DNA of 14,316 nt. It comes from Oligoflexales bacterium (GTDB taxonomy: Bacteria > Bdellovibrionota_B > Oligoflexia > Oligoflexales > Bog-1112). Of the stretch, positions 8,523 to 14,316 are shown piece by piece. The stretch lies in NCBI GenBank assembly GCA_045105515.1, contig JBGCDR010000282.1, positions 1 to 14,316 on the forward strand, written 5' to 3'. A program made the position numbers and the translations under genes. Below the pieces are notes generated by a model, which saw only the letters and a program-made list of their open reading frames with translations, was not told the origin of the DNA and did not search any database. Position 1 is the first letter of the stretch; each line of letters starts with the position of its first letter.

Positions 8523-8879
8523 ATGAGCAAAGTGGTCTTATGTTTATCGATATTTTTCATTTCTAATCCTTCATTTGCAAAATATGCCCATATAATATCC
8601 CGCGAACAAGCTGTTCTCCTATTTGATAACCATGAATACCCAATTATTAAAAGAATGTTTCCAAATAATATTGGTGTCGTAACCAGAGCCCTAGTACCCG
8701 GACATTTCATTAACTATGGCATGAATATGAAGGAAACCCAGGTAATCATGCTAAATGCCTTATTTATTGAATCAAATCTCCTAGGAGTCGTTTACTTTAC
8801 CCCATCAAGTTCGGGGCGTGTTCAAATGTTGAATTATTGCAATCCCCATCAAGATAATATTTCTATTAAAACCAACTGA
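8523..8879 (+). CDS. Small secreted hypothetical protein
   Basis: GGAG RBS; signal peptide MSKVVLCLSIFFISNPSFA. Confidence 0.75.
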   Translation: MSKVVLCLSIFFISNPSFAKYAHIISREQAVLLFDNHEYPIIKRMFPNNIGVVTRALVPGHFINYGMNMKETQVIMLNALFIESNLLGVVYFTPSSSGRVQMLNYCNPHQDNISIKTN

Positions 8880-8929
8880 TTGGATCTATCATTTTAAGCT
8901 GTTCAGAGAGCTAACAGAGGGGAAAGGTC

Positions 8930-9310
8930 TCAATCAAAAGCATCATTCACTTCTTCCATAAACCATTCTAAAAAACTATCTGAATGAAGCTCAAGAGGCT
9001 TTAAGATAAAGCCTCTCGCACCTAAATTAAGAGCCCTAGTTATTTTATCTTCAGTTTTATCAGATCTAATCACTAGGATGCGCGCCTTCGGATCAAATTT
9101 GATTATTTCAGCAATTGCTTCAAGACCACTTTTATTGGGCATTATTAGGTCCATGGTAATTAAGTCAGGAGTTTTTTCTTGGTATAGTTTTACTGCCTGT
9201 TCCCCATCAGCACCTTCCCCTACGACTTCTAAGCCCATCTGTTTTTCAAAGAAAAGTTTTAATTGCCGTCGTATTAGAATAGCGTCATCAATTACTAAAA
9301 CTGTTTTCAT
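8930..9310 (-). CDS. Stand-alone CheY-like response regulator receiver
   Basis: VLVIDD acidic pair; PDLITMDLIMP phosphoacceptor motif; GARGFILKP with conserved Lys-Pro; no output domain. Confidence 0.95.
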   Translation of the reverse strand: MKTVLVIDDAILIRRQLKLFFEKQMGLEVVGEGADGEQAVKLYQEKTPDLITMDLIMPNKSGLEAIAEIIKFDPKARILVIRSDKTEDKITRALNLGARGFILKPLELHSDSFLEWFMEEVNDAFD

Positions 9311-9557
9311 TCTGATAACGAACCCTTCTATCTTTTGGCCAAGAAAGAATTTTAGTATGTTGTAATACCGTGCTCAGCAAATAATAACTGATAGAGTTGT
9401 TAATTTGCTTCCCTGCGTACAGGTTTATTAAGATTTTATCACTCGCGCAGTATCATCCAAACCTTCCTCGGATTAATCACTGTTTTTTATCCTGTCTTTT
9501 TTTATTTTAGGTATAATTCATCTCTTGGCGGCTGTGCTTCTCAAAGTCCGCGAAAGC

Positions 9558-10178
9558 TTACAAGGCTTCTTTGAAGGTAGCTTTGAATACTTCTAGCTCA
9601 CTGCATTCAAGGCCTTCAGTAGCAGCTTTTGCCCCATCACTCGTACAAAACCCATCTGAATCAAGCGGATATGACTCAGAAATTTTAGACTCTTTGCGAA
9701 TAGTGATGCTCGCTGATTCATCGTCAGAGTTGAGTTTAAGTTCCGAACTTTTAGCGTCTTCACATTGATCGTTACGACTAAAACCTGTAGAGACACTAAT
9801 CCCAGAATATCCGACGCTATCATTACCCGCTTCGAAGGTAAAAGAATATATTAAAGTGATACCAGCAGTCTCGCCATTTTTGAGTTTAGTAGCGACTGTC
9901 TTACATTCCTCAACGCTTTCGCAGGAAATCACCTGGAGGTATTGGATTCCAAAAGCACTAAAGGCTTCGAGGAATGTCAAACTGGGGGAATTTTCCGTAA
10001 GGATAGAATTTCCTTCGGTCGTACAATTATCTGAATTTTTCGTATAGGAACTGATAGTATATATTCCTTTTAAATTAGTATTTTGCAGAGAAGATGAGCT
10101 GGTTTCACTTGAATCACTCCCCCCACAAGCTGTGGTAAGAAAGCATAAGAAAATCATTATTGTCGATAGGTTAAGCAT
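9558..10178 (-). CDS. Hypothetical lipoprotein
   Basis: GAGG RBS; lipobox TTA-C followed by GGSDSS Ser-rich linker; six Cys in the mature domain. Confidence 0.85.
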   Translation of the reverse strand: MLNLSTIMIFLCFLTTACGGSDSSETSSSSLQNTNLKGIYTISSYTKNSDNCTTEGNSILTENSPSLTFLEAFSAFGIQYLQVISCESVEECKTVATKLKNGETAGITLIYSFTFEAGNDSVGYSGISVSTGFSRNDQCEDAKSSELKLNSDDESASITIRKESKISESYPLDSDGFCTSDGAKAATEGLECSELEVFKATFKEAL

Positions 10179-10288
10179 AAATTTTTAGCCTCGGCTATAA
10201 ATAAATAGGTACTCCTATTGTAGCAGACATGAGCAGGATACCTCGCAGCTGAAACATAAGATTAGATACAAACTGAAGCAAATAAATC

Positions 10289-10729
10289 TTAGCAAGTATG
10301 AAGATTTCTTTTCATACGAAAATGCGGGCCAATAACTGGAAGGATGAACTCATCACTGGCAACGCTAAATTCGTGCTTTTGATAAAGTCTTATTGCAGAG
10401 GTACGTGCATTACACCATATCTTCTTCCCTCCTTGAGCCTTTACGTGCTTGACTAAATCTTCCACTATTTTTGATCCTATCCCTTGTTTTCTGTAGGAGC
10501 CCTCAACTGCCACCCCTCTGATCCTCCAAACGCCCTGATCCATCTGCCCATCCTCTGACTCTTGGATTACCGATCCTATTCCAGCAAGAAATCCTGAGTC
10601 ATACAGACCAATGTGACGAGAGTTAGGCTTATGATCCCCTGGAAATTTGCAATCAGATTCAGGTCCATTCGGTCGGAGTATTTTAATCCTCATAGGCATT
10701 AGACCTATAACTGAAACTTCTTTCAACAC
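10289..10729 (-). CDS. GNAT family N-acetyltransferase (ElaA/YitI-like)
   Basis: Acetyl-CoA motif WRIRGVAVEGSYRKQGIGS; IWCNARTSAIRLYQKHEF; C-terminal IGPHFRM. Confidence 0.95.
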   Translation of the reverse strand: MLKEVSVIGLMPMRIKILRPNGPESDCKFPGDHKPNSRHIGLYDSGFLAGIGSVIQESEDGQMDQGVWRIRGVAVEGSYRKQGIGSKIVEDLVKHVKAQGGKKIWCNARTSAIRLYQKHEFSVASDEFILPVIGPHFRMKRNLHTC

Positions 10730-10733
10730 TTGA

Positions 10734-10808
10734 TTATCCCAGCTTAGAGATTAGTATTTGGCCCAGAAGCTTAAAGATAATTGTTTCAATTTCATAAATC
10801 AACCACAT
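10734..10808 (-). CDS. Candidate 24-aa small ORF
   Basis: AGGAGGT RBS at 10813-10819 precedes ATG 10808. Encodes MWLIYEIETIIFKLLGQILISKLG and stops 4 nt before the GNAT GTG. Confidence 0.35.
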   Translation of the reverse strand: MWLIYEIETIIFKLLGQILISKLG

Positions 10809-11240
10809 TGGTACCTCCTAATATTGGTTGCCAAGTTTCGCATCAAATATTAGGATTTTTGTTTATACATTTGCCTATAAATTTACTTTACCCAATGCTC
10901 ATTGCAGCTCACCAACTAGGCAAATCACAAGAACAAGGATTCCTGCTCCCTTTTATCGGTTTAGTCCCAAATAGTATTTGGTTTTCATTTTTTATATTGT
11001 TCTTAATTTTACTATATATGACAGAATATCAGCTTGATTTATTTTCTTAAGATTAAGTACATTTTCAATATAGGTAAAAAACAGCAAAGAAGAATTTGAT
11101 AATAGGTTTAAATGCATTTATCGAAAAACTCTTTTTCTTGTCTTTCTTCCTGCTTTTATTGTAAGGTTTTCTGTTTCTGTTTCGACGATTAAACAAAATC
11201 AAAAAAAATTCCAATGCATAGACTCAAGGAGGCTTACTTA

Positions 11241-11672
11241 ATGAAGGAAATTCTTATTTATTTCAGCTTACTATTCTTACCATCGTTACTTTTCGCTTCA
11301 CCTCAAGATGAGCTTGATTGCAGATGTAAAGATCGGCTTTCTCAGATCGTACAAGATGTATTTAATCAATGTAATCCCAATCATTTTGGCATAAATGAGC
11401 AAGGCTACTATCCTGTAGATATAATCTTGGGAAGCAATAACAGCTCTCACTATGGAAATAAACTACTTAGAAAAGTTGTCCAAAAATCTCTATATACTTT
11501 CATTTTGCAGAGTAACAAACAGCACCTAATAGCTAAGCATCTTTTTGCTGAGCTGACAGAATATGGAGTTGAAATCCTCAGGTTTGATGGATCAATATGG
11601 AAAGCTGTACCTGATGAAGAAGCTGTTAAGCGAATCTTGAAATCATTCAATTTAGCTGCCAATAATTTATAA
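11241..11672 (+). CDS. Secreted protein with a degenerate DUF6824-like domain
   Basis: AGGAGG RBS before ATG 11241; signal peptide ends LFA. DIILGSNNSSHYGNKLLRKVV...IAKHLFAELTEYGVEILRFDGSIWKAVPDEEAVKRILKSF aligns by eye with the 5097-5477 domain. Confidence 0.75.
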   Translation: MKEILIYFSLLFLPSLLFASPQDELDCRCKDRLSQIVQDVFNQCNPNHFGINEQGYYPVDIILGSNNSSHYGNKLLRKVVQKSLYTFILQSNKQHLIAKHLFAELTEYGVEILRFDGSIWKAVPDEEAVKRILKSFNLAANNL

Positions 11673-11740
11673 TTATCTATTATCCACTTAATTTTAAGTT
11701 TGAATAATAGGGTATGCATTCAATAAGACAAGGTTTAAAA

Positions 11741-12358
11741 ATGAAGAAACTGATTTTAATTGTATTCGTATTGTTTGAAGGTTTACTACTAGCTAATAGT
11801 CATTCTGATACTAGATTCAAATCTTTCCAAATTGATAGCTGGAATACTCGCTATAATGAGCTTATACAATTTTATCAGGCTTATCAGCATGTGAATGTGC
11901 CACACACCTATCCCGCAAACCCTCAACTAGCCAGGTGGGTTAAACGTCAAAGGCGACAGCACAAACTTTTACAACAAGGTCATTCATCGACACTCAGCAT
12001 CGAGCGTTTCAATCGGCTCCATGATATTGGTTTTATATGGGATTCTCATGAACAGAAATGGCAAGAGATGTACAGACAATTAAGAGATTTTTCCATCGAT
12101 AATGGTCATTGTAATGTTTCATCCAACAATTCTAATAAAAAACTAGCTACTTGGGTAAAATGCCAACGACGACAATACAAGCTATTAATGTCTGAAAAAT
12201 ACAGCTCCATGAACCAGATTCGTATTGAACAACTTGAGAGCATTGGTTTTGTCTGGAGTGGCAAATTAGCTAATAATATCGAGAATCAGCTGACACAAGA
12301 CGATTTAAGGTTTTTCTCCCAAGAGTGGGAACAAGACCCATTCAACTTGTTGGAATGA
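11741..12358 (+). CDS. Secreted tandem helicase-associated (HA, PF03457) domain protein with no helicase domain
   Basis: Signal peptide MKKLILIVFVLFEGLLLA. Two HA repeats: WNTRYNEL..F...H.NVP...LARWVKRQR...R...L.DIGFIW and WQEMY.QL..F...GHCNV...LATWVKCQRRQYK...RIEQLESIGFVW. Confidence 0.92.
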   Translation: MKKLILIVFVLFEGLLLANSHSDTRFKSFQIDSWNTRYNELIQFYQAYQHVNVPHTYPANPQLARWVKRQRRQHKLLQQGHSSTLSIERFNRLHDIGFIWDSHEQKWQEMYRQLRDFSIDNGHCNVSSNNSNKKLATWVKCQRRQYKLLMSEKYSSMNQIRIEQLESIGFVWSGKLANNIENQLTQDDLRFFSQEWEQDPFNLLE

Positions 12359-12370
12359 ACTTATCTAGCG

Positions 12371-13105
12371 TTAGTTTGAATTAGGCTCATTGAGTTCAAT
12401 ATACTGTGACATGTCGACAGGGATGGAAAGAAGATTTTGACCGTAATCTCCTCCTAACTCACCTTCATACCGATAAACGTAAGCATAATCTACATATATC
12501 AACTTACTATTCTGACCTTTAGAAGTTAATTTTAACTTGAATGAAAACTGGATGTCGTCTTCGTTACCAGCAAAGGGAACTACCAATATTTTAGAAGGGA
12601 ACTGAAGAAATTTATTTGAAATCTCACCTATGATATCAACCCAGCCATCAAAACTAGATTCAGGATTCGCTTCAACTTCCATCTTAGCTTCGAAGCGATG
12701 CGGGTTTGCAAGTTCCTGAGAAAACTCAAACTCAGAGGCTTTAATATCAATCAATGCGACATTCTGTAAACCACTGCTAACATGATAGAAAATCTTGATC
12801 AGTTTTCCGGTTTTATCTTTTATTGATAACGAAGAGCGGAAAGAAACACCCCAAATACTAAACGAACTCTCATTAATCTCGGGTATAGTATAAGCACCAT
12901 CTTCATTTACATTTATGTTGATTCCATTACTTTTGATCGTCCCACCCCATCCATTTTGAATGGACCAAAAATACTCTACCGCAAGTTCGCTTGTTTTTAG
13001 ATTGGTATAGTTGCTAATTTTGTAGTGCCTTGCAGGCTGTTGAAACCTTTCGGCCATTAAAGTGGAAGAAAACACCGAAAGACAAACCAAAAACAAATAT
13101 CTCAT
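12371..13105 (-). CDS. Secreted hypothetical beta-rich protein
   Basis: AGGAGG RBS; signal peptide MRYLFLVCLSVFSSTLMA. Confidence 0.8.
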   Translation of the reverse strand: MRYLFLVCLSVFSSTLMAERFQQPARHYKISNYTNLKTSELAVEYFWSIQNGWGGTIKSNGININVNEDGAYTIPEINESSFSIWGVSFRSSLSIKDKTGKLIKIFYHVSSGLQNVALIDIKASEFEFSQELANPHRFEAKMEVEANPESSFDGWVDIIGEISNKFLQFPSKILVVPFAGNEDDIQFSFKLKLTSKGQNSKLIYVDYAYVYRYEGELGGDYGQNLLSIPVDMSQYIELNEPNSN

Positions 13106-13416
13106 ATAATCCCCTCCTACTTGCTTTATTTATACTTATAACCTGCTCACATACTAACCGTTTCAACTGTTATTACAACTCATACTCAATTATGGCTGAT
13201 TAATTCACAAACAACGCAATCTGAAAATTTTATGTGGCGATATTATTTCTGTTGGGTATGGGAATTGGTAATGAGATAGAAGCAGATCTTTAAAATCGTT
13301 TCAAGATAATTAAAAGCCTCAAATCATCGTATCCTCTGCGTATAAGACCCCTTCCTCATAATCGAATAGCATGAGATCGTTGAAGTACAAAAACTTCAAG
13401 CCTTCAGGAGGACCTC

Positions 13417-13791
13417 ATGATAAGTACTAACCAAGATATCCTAAGTAAAATACTTGATGCACATCAGAAAGCTGAAGACTTTAGACGCGATCATACCACC
13501 AACCGCTATCCACTAGAGTTCAAGGAATTAGTCCGTACTGCCATTGATTCAGGGCTTACCGTTCACAAGATCCACCAGGCAACAGGTGTTAATCTCAATA
13601 CACTGTGCTCATGGCGTAAGCCATTGAACGAGCCAAAGGATATTCTGTGTTTTGAGCCAGTGCCCCCTAAGAGCAGTATAGAGCCGGAAGAGAAGGGTAG
13701 GTTTATCTTGCCTTCGGGTATTGAAATCCTGTTTCCCATGTCATTTATCAAAAATCATCTGATGACTTGGCTGAGTCAGGATGCAGCATGA
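13417..13791 (+). CDS. tnpA: IS66 accessory protein TnpA (HTH)
   Basis: AGGAGG RBS; RYPLEFK...GLTVHKIHQATGVNLNTLCSWRK HTH; C-terminal F.PV...LPSGIEI motif. Confidence 0.85.
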   Translation: MISTNQDILSKILDAHQKAEDFRRDHTTNRYPLEFKELVRTAIDSGLTVHKIHQATGVNLNTLCSWRKPLNEPKDILCFEPVPPKSSIEPEEKGRFILPSGIEILFPMSFIKNHLMTWLSQDAA

Positions 13792-14141
13792 TCTCCGTAG
13801 GAAAAATTAGAAGGCTTTGGCTTGCCTTTCATCGAGTCGACTTCCGTAAGCAGGAGAGAGGTCTGCTTGCCGAGGTATTCTCACTGGGACTTGATCCCTA
13901 CGAGGGTGATCTAGTAATCTTTATAGGGCGAGGTCGCAGGGTAATCAAGCTCTTGTATGCTGATGCTTCCGGTCTATGGCTTAGTAAAAAAGCTTTCACA
14001 GCGGAGGCCATGAAGACTAAGTTTTCCTTCCTCAGCAAGCCTGAAGTGGGATCCATCTCATCGGGAGACTTAGCAATGCTCCTAGAAGGTACAGCTTACC
14101 AAGTTCAAAAGCGAGTGCGTAAGTGGCCTAAAAACGATTGA
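13788..14141 (+). CDS. tnpB: IS66 accessory protein TnpB
   Basis: ATGA overlap with tnpA at 13788-13791; motifs VDFRK..GL, DPYEGDLVIF..R....IKLLY.D..GLWL..K and L.MLLEG. Confidence 0.93.
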   Translation: MISVGKIRRLWLAFHRVDFRKQERGLLAEVFSLGLDPYEGDLVIFIGRGRRVIKLLYADASGLWLSKKAFTAEAMKTKFSFLSKPEVGSISSGDLAMLLEGTAYQVQKRVRKWPKND

Positions 14142-14167
14142 CATGACATAGAATTGCTTCCTAGAAT
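14138..14167 (+). promoter_or_regulatory. Near-consensus sigma70 promoter upstream of tnpC
   Basis: TTGACA (14138-14143), 18-nt spacer, TAGAAT (14162-14167), followed by AGGAG RBS at 14181-14185. Confidence 0.55.
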
Positions 14168-14192
14168 GAAATCATTCAATAGGAGCAAATCG

Positions 14193-14316
14193 ATGAAGAC
14201 AACACTAGATGCTAGTGAATTTCAAAAACTTAACATTTGGTTTCAAGAGCACTCGGAACTATTGCCTGAGTCGATTAGGTCCTTACAGGTCCGGTTGCTA
14301 GATACGTACTCCAAAC
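14193..14316 (+). CDS. tnpC: Probable IS66 transposase TnpC, 5' fragment
   Basis: AGGAG RBS; ATG 14193; open to the window end (MKTTLDASEFQKLNIWFQEHSELLPESIRSLQVRLLDTYSK). Assigned by position only, since no catalytic motif is visible. Confidence 0.65.
   Translation, partial: MKTTLDASEFQKLNIWFQEHSELLPESIRSLQVRLLDTYSK

Larger units (their letters stand above)
13329..14316 (+). mobile_element. IS66-family insertion sequence, left part, running off the window
   Basis: tnpA-tnpB-tnpC gene order with ATGA overlap and visibly higher GC than the flanks. Left end placed tentatively at GTATCC (13329); the canonical IS66 end is GTAA and the right end is not visible. Confidence 0.85.

Noticed and set aside
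10781..11050. 89-aa plus-strand ORF
   Set aside because: TTG start, no RBS and composition typical of an antisense shadow. The opposite frame has several stops and may be a relic, but I cannot assign it.
11214..11719. ATGCAT located exactly 27 nt upstream of the start codons of both 11241 and 11741
   Set aside because: A 6-mer in AT-rich DNA with no further shared flanking sequence; not distinguishable from chance with two cases.
5097..12358. Diatom genomic contamination as the source of the eukaryote-like domains
   Set aside because: The genes lack introns, share the local AT-rich composition, mostly have SD-like sites and signal peptides, and interleave with bacterial genes. Read mapping should still confirm this.
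780..13751. Short overlapping antisense ORFs in the track (e.g. 780-1001, 1074-1274, 1798-1986, 2233-2466, 9078-9365, 11450-11719, 13563-13751)
   Set aside because: They are shadows of longer, better-supported genes on the opposite strand.
13788..14141. RNA-guided TnpB nuclease
   Set aside because: This is the 117-aa IS66 accessory TnpB, unrelated to IS200/IS605 TnpB; there is no RuvC or zinc-finger motif.

Overview
AT-rich bacterial accessory region with Shine-Dalgarno sites, lipoboxes, a CheY-like receiver, a GNAT and an IS66 at the right edge. The gene style suggests a Bdellovibrionota/Oligoflexia-like organism, but that is inference only. About 14 of the genes or gene relics start with a signal peptide or lipobox. 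Main observation: four of these intron-free, signal-peptide genes carry domains I recognise from large diatom protein families. They are a DUF6824 protein (5097-5477), a degenerate DUF6824-like protein (11241-11672), a tandem helicase-associated (HA) domain protein with diatom-style motifs (11741-12358), and a helical TPR-like protein (6727-7419). This suggests a set of exported, host-mimicking effectors in a diatom-associated bacterium. The family assignments come from motif recall and need HMM and phylogenetic confirmation. The window also holds a di-heme cytochrome c lipoprotein that may be truncated, a ~1 kb relic bounded by 30-bp direct repeats (XRE-HTH pseudogene, small charged ORF, 22-bp perfect hairpin), a doubly disrupted secreted-protein pseudogene, and a near-consensus promoter inside the IS66.
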